Positions 40,450 to 52,118 of a stretch of 64,000 nt of DNA are shown in pieces. A program made the position numbers and the translations under genes. Numbering within the stretch: the first letter of the stretch is position 1; the number at the start of each line of letters is the position of its first letter. The stretch covers positions 13,578,001 to 13,642,000 of the forward strand of contig NC_045704.1 of assembly GCF_009834535.1 (NCBI RefSeq), given 5' to 3'. The DNA is from Camelus ferus (lineage: Eukaryota). A model generated the notes under the pieces. The model searched no databases. It saw only the letters and a list, made by a program, of their open reading frames with translations, and was not told the DNA's origin.

Positions 40450-43400
40450 TTAGGGTGACGGGTGGGGGTGCTCAGAGGCCTGGCTTGGGGCTGGGCTGGG
40501 GTCCGGGCTGGGGTCGGGGTCCGGGCTGGTGTCTTCAGGGGCCTCGTCCCAGGGGAAGGTCGGCAGCCCCCGCATCTGCTCGCGGTAGACGCGGTCGAAG
40601 GCTTCGCTCTGCACCACCGTGAAGTGATTCTTCCAGTCACCACACACCCCTGGAGGGGAGGGAGGGAGGCCGAGGTGAGGAGCATCGTCCCTCGCCCCCA
40701 ACATCCCAGCACCCTCTTTCCCACCTCCCGGGCTTTGCCCATGTTCCCTTTGCCAGAAGCACTGACCTTCCCCCGCCCCCCATCTCCATTTTGCCCCTTT
40801 ACCTCCTCTGATGATGACTAACAATGGACAGACCCCCGGCCACCATTCCCTCCCCCCCCCCACCCCGCCCCACCCTACTCAACCCTCCAGCAGACTTCTC
40901 ACCTTCCTGCACGGATCTCTTAAATCTCTACCCAGAATATCTGCCTCCCCATCTAGTATTCCTGCACACACTCCCAACCTTTGCCTTTACAGTTTCCAGA
41001 TCCTTCTGCAACCCTTGGCTCATGGCCCCTTCCTCTATCTTTAAAGCATCTTCTACCTTCTGACGCTGACCCTCCTTCACCTTCTTACAAGGATAGGTTG
41101 ACTGTGACCTGTCCCTCTGCTCCCTGGCTAGAGCAGGGTTTCCTCGCTCCAGCACTCCTGCAATGCCCTACCTTACCTCCATTTATTGCTCTGGCATTGG
41201 GAATCAGTGCTGTCCCAGCACTCAGTGGATACCAGGCATCATGATGAAGATTGGCTGGGATTCACTCTTTAATCCTCCCAGCAATTAATCAGGCAAAGGG
41301 CGTGGCTCTGCTGGTTCTGTGTGCCCCGGATCAAGCACTCTGAGGCTTAGGTTTCTGATCTCACAGGAGGATAATCTGAGGTACCAGCCCTTGCCTGGAA
41401 TCTTGGGGCCAAAGTAATTTAGATCACAGTATTTTGAATTTTAGCAGATCCCCACACTGCATGTTACAAGACACCCTGAGTGAGGTCTGGGGGTGGGGCT
41501 CCCTGTGGTGGGTTAATACCCACTTCCCGACCAAGATGTTTAAGACCTAATTCTTGGAACCTATGAATATGTGACCTGATAAATCACACTTTGCAGATGT
41601 GATTTAAGTTAAAGATCTTGAGGTGTGGAGAAGACCCTGGATTATCTGGGTGGACCCAATTTAATGGCAAGCATCCTTATAAGAGGATGAGGGAGGGTCA
41701 GAGTCAGAGAGTAGAAGATGCTCTGAAGATGGAGGAAGGGGCCACAAACCAAGAGATGCAGGCGGGTCTGGAAACTGTAAAAGGCAGGGAACCGATTCTC
41801 CTCTAGAGCCCCCAGAAAGAATATGTTCCTGGCACTTTAATTTTGTCCCAGTGAGACTGATTTTGGACTTCTGACCTCCAGAACCATAAGGTACAAACAT
41901 GTGTTGTTTTAAGCACTTAAGTTGGTGGTATTGGGTTACAGCAGGAACAGGAAACTAACACATTTCCACCCTCACCCTGAATCCAACACTTGAGTATTTC
42001 TGGGGTGAACGTTAATGCTAAGAAGGGTTCACGAAGACTTGAAATAGCCTCATAGTGGTTTGGAGCTGGCTATGAAGAAAACGTACTCAAGTGTCTTCTT
42101 CCAGTTTAGAGCTCTCTGGGTGTGGTGGGCCTGGGACGACAGGCCCCTTGCCAAGCCCTGTGTGCAGAGTCAATCCCGGGTCCACAGTGATCCCATAAAT
42201 GCAGTTCTGCTCCCAGCACCCCATGTGAGAGCTAGAGAAATAGGCCCAGAGAGGTTAAGTAACTAGCCAAGCCACACAGCCAGGCAGAGGTCTCATGAGC
42301 CTTGGAGCCCTCGAGTCCTCACACCTTTCCGGAGGAAGGCACCATGGCTCTGGTCCAGCAGGCTGGGCGGCAGCAACGTGAAGTTGGACATGGTGTTGGC
42401 CTTCATGGCATTGAAGGCCGAGTGTGCCACGACAGATTCCAGCGCCTCCTCACCCAGCGGCCGGCCCAGGAACTGGCAGATGCGTTGCACGGAGCTGTGG
42501 AGATCCTGGGGACAGGGGAGAAGGGGCAGGGGATGAGTCAGTGGAGGAAGGGGACCCCAGGTGAGAAAGAAACTTTAGTCCCAGAGTTTGGATTCCTGAG
42601 TCCCAACCCAGATCTGGAATCTGGGTGATTCTGCCTCTGCCTCAGTTTCCCCACCTCCAAGCCAGGCAGTTGGGCCATGACCTCTGAGGGGTTTTGCAGT
42701 TTAGGGTTTTGGAGGGTTCTGTAGGGAGGGAAGGGATGGGGCTGGGTCAGAGGTCACAGCAGGGGGGCGGAGGTCAGTTCAGCATCTTATGCAGAATCAC
42801 CCTCTTTCAGGTTGGAAAGTCACTGTGGATTGTGCGCCTATTGTGTACCAATCTCTAGTCCAACCCCCTCATGAATACCTGCCATCGGACCTACCAGTAG
42901 CCTTACAGAGAGGTGTCAATACCCGAGTAGGTAAATGGAGGCTCAGAGAGGGGAAGACACTTGTCCAGGGTCACACAGCCAAGGAGGAAAACAGATCTGA
43001 GTCCCCAAAGCCCACATCCTCCTTTCCATCTTGCTGCCTTCCCTAATATGCAGCGCCTGGCACCGGTCAGCTCCACCAACCCCATGGCCCCGATTTTCCA
43101 GGTCATTCTTGGTTTCATAAGCCTCCATCCCTTTATCCTGTTGAACAACTAAGGTGTCCCAGAAATTCAAACATGTTGGCAGTTCCTCACACCCAGGGGC
43201 AGCCCAGAAACTCTGTCAGGCTGCGTGACCCAGTTTTGGGTTTGGAGAATAAAGCTTGATGGAAAAGAGAGGGGGAGGGGTAGTGCTGAAATATTTTCTG
43301 GATCTTTCCATCAAAAGAGATTTACGAGGGTGGGGAAAAAAAACCCACAGGGCCCACAGGGAAGACCCCTACCCTCTCTAGGTTATAACCTCCCTGTTTC

Positions 43401-46400
43401 CTCCTCTATAAAATGGGGGCAATAACAATATTGGGGTGAAGCATAGAAAATTATCTTTTTTTTTTTTGCAGCTCGAAACTGGTTAAATACGGGCATTTCA
43501 TGTTGTTTGATCTAATCTGTACCTCACCGATTACAGGGTTAAACCAAATCATTTGTGTGCAGCATTTGGTGCCTGACATCTGTCAGAGAGGCTGAAACGT
43601 TTGATACTGGGGCTATTACTAATCAGATAGGCCCTCGCTCAGTACCTAATCACTCTTACTTTGCTCACTATACTAACTGTTTGCAATAGCTTGTCAGATG
43701 GTTATAATACGCCAGTGCCCGATATTGTGGACCTCACAACAACCCTCTGCTCCAGCATTTTTCACCCATGTTAAGGATGAGACTTCTGAGGCTCTGAGAG
43801 ATTTTTAAGAGGATTTTAAACAACAGGATCCTACGGTATAGCACAGGGAACTATATTCAATAACTCATAATAACCTATAATGAAAAAGAATATGAAAAAG
43901 AATATATATTTATCACTGAATCACTATGCTGTACACCAGAAACTACCAACATTGTAAATCAACTATATACTTCAATAAAAAAGAATATAAATAAAAAAGA
44001 AACTATAAACATTTTTTAAAAAAAGATTTTAACAGCTTTTTCAACACCAAAATCCAGGCTCTTTAGGCTGCAAAAAGCACAGACAGAAAGGAGGGTACAA
44101 AAATGCATGAAATGCACACATGGGAAGAGAATGTCTGGGAATGTTGGTGAAGGAATGTGTTGAGAGCCTCTTAAGTTCTCAGCATCTCAGGACACATCTT
44201 TGTTAAGAACGTAGAACAGTTGGACACATTTACTGTGGACTGGTCCATCTAGAAGCCCAGCATCTCCTTGCCTGGGTAAAGCCATAGGCACTCTGTATGG
44301 CCCCTTCTTCTAGGCAGTCCTCCCTGATTGCCCTAGCAGGAAAGTTTCTTTCTCCCAGGGTACCTGCCCCCAGGATGTTCGATGGGGTCCAGATAGGCTC
44401 CCTGTCTGACTCCTAAGGCTGTTTCTTTCCTTTGCTTCTCTCCACATTTCAGGTCACAACCATCATTAAACCATCATCACTTCCCACGTATCACAGTTCT
44501 GCATTGTCCCATTTATCCTGTCACCTCTGCTCAGAGCCCAGCTGGGGCTTCCACCAACTCAGAGAAAAGCCGGAGTCCTCACTGTGGGCTCCATCCCCTC
44601 TCTGCCCTCACTTCCCAGCACCCCCAACCTCGGCTCTGGCCACGGCGGTGGCCTCTGCTCTCCTTGAAATACATTAAGCACATGCTCTCCTCAGGGGCTT
44701 TGCACTGGCTGTTCCCGCTGCCTCCTCCTTCCCCACTCACCTTTTTTTCCTCAGCTCTTTGTCTTACCGGAAGGGAAGCTGGCGGGCATGAGGAGGGGAG
44801 GGGTAATAGGGCTGCTGGGCTGAGGTGGGGGTTGGGGAATCACCTGCTGCAGCTCCTCATAGGTGATAAACAGGAAGTTCTCCTTGCCCTGCATCCGAAT
44901 CCAGCCCTTAATGTGGTTGAACCAGGAGCCAAACTGCACTGCGGGCAGAGGGGCAGGTGGGGTGAGGGGCGGGCAGCTGGCCCCCCTTTGCTGGGGCTCA
45001 GAGGAGCCCAGCCTGTCCCATGTGGCCCCAGGCCTGGCCTCTCCCAGCTGGAGGCCTCCCTCCAAGCCCCCTACATTGGGCTCCCCGTGTCCTTCTGTCT
45101 CCTGCTGTGTCTCTCTGATTCCGTCTCTCTCCGTTTCCATTTCTCTCTCTCTTGCTTCCTCCGTGTCTTTCAATCTCTCTCTGGTTCTTTCTCCCCGTTT
45201 CTGTATCTTATTGTCTCTGTTTTCTCTCTCAATCTCTTGGTCTCTTCTCTGTCTCCATTGCTCTTTATAATGCCCGGTATCTCTGTCTCTCTATCTCTCT
45301 GTCTCTTTTTTCTGTCTCCTACCCATCCCTCCTCTGTCCCTCTTCCCATCTGGGTCTACCAGGGGGTCCCCCACCTCACTCTGCCCCAGTCCTCACCTTC
45401 GCCTTTGAGGAAGTTCTGCAGGAACTGGTCAGGCGTGCCAGGGTCCTTCAACTGCCTGGCAATCTTGGAATAGTGATAGAGCGAAACCACAACATCCCGG
45501 GGGTTCCGGCCCATGTAGATCACCTGTGCGTGGGTGTTGGGAAGAGGAGAGATGTCAGCCCAGCAAGCTGCATGCCCTTTTTCTCCTGATCCTGCAGCAG
45601 GAAGGACTCAAGCTAGACTTCTCAAGGGACTTCCCAGTTAACGGGAGCTCAGATCAATCCACAGGATGGAGAGAGTTCCTTCCAACTATGTTCTAGGAAT
45701 AGAGAGGGACTGTTTCTAGACCAGGTGGAGGCACAGTTTGGCTTCAGGAGATAAAGAGAAGAGGAGGAAGGCATGGGGTTCAGGGTGGGGGAGATCCCGG
45801 TGAGGGCTATTGACCAACAGAGAAAGGCAGCCTCCTCTCCTGCCTATTCCCAAAGCCAAGACCCCAGCCTCATTCTTTCCTGCGTAGACTCCCACCCTAG
45901 CCTCCTCCCCAGCCTCCCAGCCTCCACACAACACCAGAAGCTGACCCTGCCCTCCTTGGCTCTCCAGTGCCCAGGGTGGAGTCCTGGCCCCTGGGCCTGG
46001 CATTCTGATCTGTTTACCAGCTTCAGATTCCACAACCAACCCTACTCCAGCCCCATCAGAGATGTCCTTCCCCAAGCCCAAGGTCAGCCATGCCTACATG
46101 GCTAAACCTCCAACAAAAACCCTGGACACGGAGGCTCGGGTGAGCTTCCCTGGTGGGTGATGCTCTGTGCGTGTTGTCACACGTCACTGCTGGAGGACCG
46201 AGCACGGTCCATGCGACTCCACTGTAAGAGACAACTTGAAGCTGGTGCCTGGTCTCTCCTGGATGCTCCCCCAGGCACCTCTTCCCTTCACTGAACTTAA
46301 TCTTTACCCTTTCTCTGTAATAAGCTGTAACTGTGAGTATGACAGCTTTGCTGAGTTCTGTGAATCCATCTAGCGAATCACTGAGTCTGAAAGTGGTCTT

Positions 46401-49400
46401 GGGGACCCCAAGATTGCAGTAGCCGTCTCTTCTCTGTCTGCACTCATATCCTTCCTTGGTGATCTTACCAGTCTCCTGGCTTTAATTTCTCTGTCTCTGT
46501 ATATCTGTCTGTCTCTTTGTCTTTCTCTCCATATATGCATATCTCAACAGATTGCAAATAGATGCGTCCAGCCTACATCCGTCCTGTCAAATCCAGATTT
46601 GTCTATCTCGCTGCCCACTGGCAACCTCCCCCTGGACGTCGATGGGTCACAGCAGAGCTCCCCATCTCCCCCCAGATCCTCTCCTCCCCAACCTCCCCAT
46701 CTCAGTTGATGATGGCCCCATCCTCCCAGCTGCTTAAGCCAACCCCCCTGCCGTCACCTTTGACTCATCTGTTTCTCTCACACCCACATCCCATCTGCCA
46801 AGCAAAGCCTCTGGGCTCCACATTCAAAATACACCCCTAAACCCAGCCCTTTGCCTTCACCTCCATGGCCATCACCCTGATCACCTCCATCACCCCCTTC
46901 CACATAGCCTATGGCCTCCTCACCAGCACACTGCTTCTGCCCTCTCCCCAACGGTCTGTTCCCAATTTGCAGCCAGAGGGCACATGTAAAAAACTAAATT
47001 GGCTCCATTTCTCCTTTGCTCAGAGCTCTCCCCTGGCTCCTGTCCCACTCAGAGACAAGCAAACTCCCCACCAAAGCCCACGTGGCCCTGCACATTTTGG
47101 CCCCTCTTACCTCCCTGACATCATCTCCACTCCTCTCCCCCTTTCTCACTTGGATCCAACTACATAGTCCTCCTTGCTGGGCCTCAGGCATGCCATACCT
47201 ACCCCAGGGCCTTTGTACTTGCTCTTGCCTCTGCCTGAAATGTTCTTTCCCCAGACATCCCACTGGCTTCTTTCCCTCACCTCCCAGGTCTTTACTCAAA
47301 TACACCTTCCTACTGAGGCCTCCATGACCACCCTATTTATCATTGAAATCCCCACCCCTAACTCTAGTCCTACCCTCTCCCCCTTCTCACTGTGAATTTA
47401 TCGCCTTGGACGTGTTAAATATTTTCCTTATGTAGGCCATCTGTTCACTGCCTGTCCGCTTTAAAATGTGGCTCACGGGGCAGGTGTTCTTGTGTGTGTA
47501 TTTACTGCTGTTCTAGATCAGGGCCAGGCCCATAGTAGGTATTCAATAAGGATGTGCTAAGTTCATCAGTTAGTTAAGCCCCCTCCCCCAACACCCGTCC
47601 TTCCTCCATCACCTTAGCCTTGGAGTTGAAGAAGTCCTTGGTGAAGAGCTGGATGGGGAGGTGAGAACTCATGAGGCGGGGGCTGGGCTGGTCAGGGAGG
47701 CTGAAGGCACCCATGATGGCCTCACACCAGGGTGACCGCTTCCAGATGGGTACTGAGTGAATCCAAGAGGGGTCCCCATCCTTGAGGATTAAGCTGATGA
47801 TCTCAATCATCCAGTTGGTGCCTGTCAGGAGAAATTGGGCACATTAATCAGAAGTGGGGAGGGGTGAAGAGAAGGATATAATCAAAAGCGTAATGGCTGC
47901 ATTTATTGCATAATTTGCTACCTATTTTATTGCACAGATTTCTTAAAACCAGCAAAGAAGTCAGGGGTTGGTTATCTTTTTTTTTTTTTTTAATTGAAGT
48001 AGAGTTGATTTACAATGTTGTGTTAGTTTCAGGTATACAGCAAAGTGATTCAGATACATATATATGTATATTCTTTTCCATTATAGGTTATTACAAGATA
48101 TTGAATATAGTTTCCTATGCTATACAGTAGGCCCTTGTTTATCTCTTTTATATATAGTAGTGTGTATATGTTAATCGCAGACTCCTAATTTATCCCTCCA
48201 TCCTCCGCCCCCTTAGAGTTGGTTATCTTTATTTTAGAAGCAGGAAACTGAAGCTCAAAGAAACAAAGTTGCCAGCCAAGGCAGCAGAGCTAGGAAGCGG
48301 CAGGTGGCAGGGACTGGCTAGCTGTCCACCCATCCCCATTTCGTTTCCCTACCGGGAATATCATGGGACTGCATTTTTCCAGCCTCCCCTGCAGCTACAT
48401 GTGGGGCCATGTGACTGGGTTCTGGCCAAGGAAGTGCAGGCTGCAGCGATGTGCAGACATTTCCAGGCCTGGCCCATAAACACCTGCCACGTGACACCCG
48501 CCCTCCCCTCTCTGCTGGCTGGATGCAGAGATGCCAGTGGAAACTGGGGCTCCTCGGGATGGCAGAGCCATGAGTTGGAAGGAGCTGGGATGCTGGAGAC
48601 TGCATAGATTTTCCCCGACTTCCCTGCATCCATCCTGCGCCAGTTGGAGTTTATGGGAATGAGAAATAAACTACTGGGTTCAGCTTCTGAGATTCTAAGG
48701 CTTATGTATTAGGACAGAAGCCCTCTGTTAATACATAGAGGAAACTGGAATTGAATCTAGGTGTCTAGACTTAAAACCTCAGCTCTGTTCACTGCCCCTG
48801 GTTGGAAATAACACCTTGATTTCTGTGGGAAGCCACAAACGCCACACAGAAGGAAGAGACCTCATTAATGACCCAGTTCATAGGTCCAGATTCTAGGAGA
48901 CTACTGGCAGGTTAGATGAGAAATAATAATAATGTTAATGATCACTTGAAATTTTTTTTCTTCTTCTTTTTAAATTTTTTCTTTTTGTTTAATCACTTGG
49001 AATTAGTATTCTATTGCCTTGGATTCTAACAGCTACCCTGTGCCAGTTCTCAGTGTATTGCCTCTCAGCTCCAAATCCGCACTGGATTGGCGGGTTTTGT
49101 GACGTTGGAGCTGGACCCTGGAAACATTTCTCCCTTGCCAGCTAGCGCAATGTTAATCTTTGTCAGTAGAGGGCGCCAGAGGAACCCTGTAGAAGGATGG
49201 GCTATCTCTTCCTTGTTCTCCTGAGCTTCTCCGGGCTGGCTCTTGTGATGGACAGCGGCCAGCAGTGCAGGGGACACCAGTGGCACTTAGGCCTCCGCCA
49301 ACCCCCCAGCAAATTTCCTTGGGCGCTTTTCTTCAGCCCTAGAGGGAGCAGCTGCTCTTTGTATTGGCTCTGCCTGTATAATCCCCTGTTACCAGTTAAT

Positions 49401-52118
49401 AATTCTTTTTTTGTAGGTGGGTGGAAAATATACATAAAACGAAATAGACCAATTTAACCAGAGATACTGGGGATTGAACCCAGGACCCTGTGCATGCTAA
49501 GCATGCACTCTACCACTGAACTATACCCACCCCTCCCCCCAATTTAACCATTTTTAAGAGTACGATTCTATGGCATTAAGTACATTCACATTATTGTGCA
49601 AATATCACTACAGTCTAGCTCCAAAGCTGTTTCAAACAAAGTCTGCTGTTTGGGGAACAGATTTCCACAACTTCTATGAAAGGAAATTTGGCTATATTCA
49701 TTAAAATTGCAAGTGCACAGAGCCTTTAACCAAGCAATTCCATGTCTAGGAGTTTGTTCTGCAGGTAAGTGCAAATGTGTGCGAATGATACATGTACAAG
49801 ATGTGGCATTGTATATAAAGGTAAAAGACTGGAAACTAGTAAATCCTAATCAGGAAGGAACTAGTTAAACAAGAATTCTTGTACAGCTGTTATGGAATAC
49901 TATGGAACTGTAAAAAAACAAAACAAAACAAAACAAAACCAACAACAGGAAGCTATTTGTTTACAGTTCTCAGATGGGATGATGTCAAAATATAAGGCAA
50001 AACCAATCAAAACCATGACACAGAATGGTGTGTATCACGTGTTAACTTTTGTGGGAAAAAAGTTTAAAAAATTATGTACATTTTTGCTTGTACATGCAAA
50101 TTTTGGAAGGATACATGGGGACTACTAGTGGCTGTGGGAGGAGAGAGATTTTACAGAGTAAACCTTTTGTACCTTTTGAATTTTGAACCATGAATATATT
50201 ACTTTCTAAGAGAGAAATTAATTAATACATTTTAAATTTAAAAAAAACAACTAAAAGAATAACTGGACATCCATATGGAAACAAAGAACCTTGATATATA
50301 TCTCATGCCATATATAAAGTTTATCTTAAATTGGATCAGAGACTTCAGTGTGAAATCTAAAACTATAAAACTTCTAGAAGAAAACATAAAGGCCATCTTC
50401 ATTGGCCTTAGTTTAGGAAAAGATGTCTTAGACATGACATCAGAAGTCTGATCCATTAAAGAACAAATTGGCTGTTGGATTTCATCAAAAATTTAAACTT
50501 TTGCTCCGAGAAGACACTGAACAGAGAATGAAAAGACAAGCCACAGACTTGGAGAAAATACTTACAAAAGGCATATCTGATAAAGGATGTGGACTCAGAT
50601 TGTATAAAGAACTGTCAACACCCCATAATTAGAAGACCAACAACCCAATTGAAAAGGGCAAAAAATGTTTTGTACAGATACATTACCAAAGAAGATATAT
50701 GATGGCTAATAAGTCCATGAAAAGATGCTCAACATAATTAGCTATTAGAGACGTGCAAATTCAAGCCACAACGAAATACTAGAATACACCTGTTAGAAAG
50801 GCTTTTTAAAAAAATCTGACATTATCAAGTGCTGACAAGGAAGTGGAGCACCTGGAACCCACCCACATTGCCAGTGAGAAGGCAAGATGGTAAACCAGCT
50901 TGTAAAAAATGCAGGATGGTTCCCATTTTGGAAACCAGGTTGGCAGTTTCTCATAAAGTTAAGCATATGTACTTCCCGTAAACTCAGCGATCCCACTGCT
51001 AAGTATTTACCCAAGATCAAGTGAAAATATATTTCCATGTGTAGACTTGTATGCAAAGCTTCAGACTAGCCATATTCATACTCACCCTAGAGTGGAAACA
51101 ACACAAAGTTCCTTCAACAGATGAATGGGAGGAACTGACCACAAAGGGGTGTGAAGGAATTTTTTTTGGGGGGGATGGAACTGTTTTGTATCTTGATTGT
51201 AGTGGTTCTATGACTTTGTCTATCAAAACTCATAGAACTTCGAGAGAAATGAAAACACATCCACAGACAGATTTGTATGTCAATGTTCCTACACGCATTA
51301 TTCATAAGAGTAAAAGAGTGGAAAAAAACTGATTGTTTATATGACTAAACAGAATACAGTACACCCATACCATGGAATATTATTTAGCCATAAAAAGGAA
51401 TGAAATATTGACACAGGCAACAACATGGATGAACTTCAAAAACATGATACATTCAAAAGATGAGATCCTGGGTTCAATCCACAGTACCTCAAAAAAAAAA
51501 AAAAAGAGTTCCTTCCCCAAATATTTATTGAATATGTGCCAGGCATTTATTATTCAGGCTCAAAGACTACACTAGTGATCAAGGAGCCGTGTTGTATTGA
51601 GGAAACCAGAGACAAAATCAACAAATGAAAATATAACATAGTGGCTGGCAGCGCAGAACAGTATGAGGGGAGTTAAGGGGTAGAGAAGGACAGGATGGGG
51701 ATGCTATTTTAGCCAGAAAGGTCAGGGAAGGCACCCCTGGGACGGTGAGCCAGCCTAGGGGAAGGGAGGGATCTGGGGGAAGGGTGCCTCCTGGCGGAGA
51801 ACCAGCCAGTGCAAAGGCCAAGCTCACCCTGGTCCTGAGCCCCCCAAGGCGCCTTCAGAACCTCCTCCCTGCTTTCCTCTTTCCATTTTCCCTATTGTGC
51901 CCTTCTCATCCTCTGTCCCACACCCACCCCAACACTCCCTAGCACCATCCCCGCTCCCTGCCCCGGCCCAGCAGTTACCTGACTTGGGGTAGGTGACAAT
52001 AAAGATGTCGTCATCCTGCACATCTGCGTTCTCTGCGATGCTGATGCTCTCAGGTGAGTAGATGCCAACGGGGAAGGGGATGCCTTTATACCTGAAGTAT
52101 TCACCCGACAAATTCTGG
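40450..52118 (-). CDS. SULT2B1: Hydroxysteroid/cholesterol sulfotransferase 2B1, 5'-partial (exon 1B not in the window)
   Basis: complement join(51979-52118,47613-47821,45397-45523,44844-44938,42325-42505,40450-40649). PAPS motifs TYPKSGTNW and [18 protein letters not shown] (GxxGxxK), dimer motif [10 protein letters not shown], Pro/Ser-rich tail. Confidence 0.96.
41503..41961 (+). mobile_element. MLT1 (MaLR LTR)
   Basis: tgtggtgggttaat...ttgcagatgtgatt...ctctagagccccca...cttctgacctccagaac...ggaaactaacaca. Confidence 0.75.
43820..44000 (+). mobile_element. Artiodactyl-type L1 3' end
   Basis: tatagcacagggaactatattcaa...ctgaatcactatgctgtacaccagaaact...cttcaataaaa. Reverse copies lie near 1660-1830, 2500-2660, 27350-27500 and 47990-48200. 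Confidence 0.7.
46081..46419 (+). mobile_element. MER21-like LTR fragment (3' half)
   Basis: aaaaccctggacac...ggtgagcttccctggt...tgtcacac...gtgagtatgacagc...gtcttggggaccc matches my recollection of MER21. Boundaries approximate. Confidence 0.65.
48310..48725 (+). mobile_element. Old MLT1 (MaLR LTR) remnant
   Basis: gggccatgtgactgggttctggccaa...ggaaggagctggg...gagaaataaactac. Boundaries approximate. Confidence 0.55.
49040..49410. mobile_element. Old ERVL-type LTR fragment (LTR41/LTR50-like) carrying a CTCF motif
   Basis: Contains ctttgtcagtagagggcgccagagg. Family assignment is from recall and boundaries are approximate. Confidence 0.45.
49410..51460. mobile_element. Cluster of old L1 fragments in both orientations in a SULT2B1 intron
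   Basis: AT-rich. ggatttcatcaaaa, gaatgaaaagacaagccacagac, ggagaaaata...gcatatctgataaag, atggaatattatttagccataaaaaggaatgaaa. Confidence 0.75.
49461..49538 (-). mobile_element. Tailless tRNA-Ala/SINE retrocopy
   Basis: tRNA-like head only, flanked by a 12-bp direct repeat CCAATTTAACCA (49449-49460 and 49539-49550). Confidence 0.8.
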
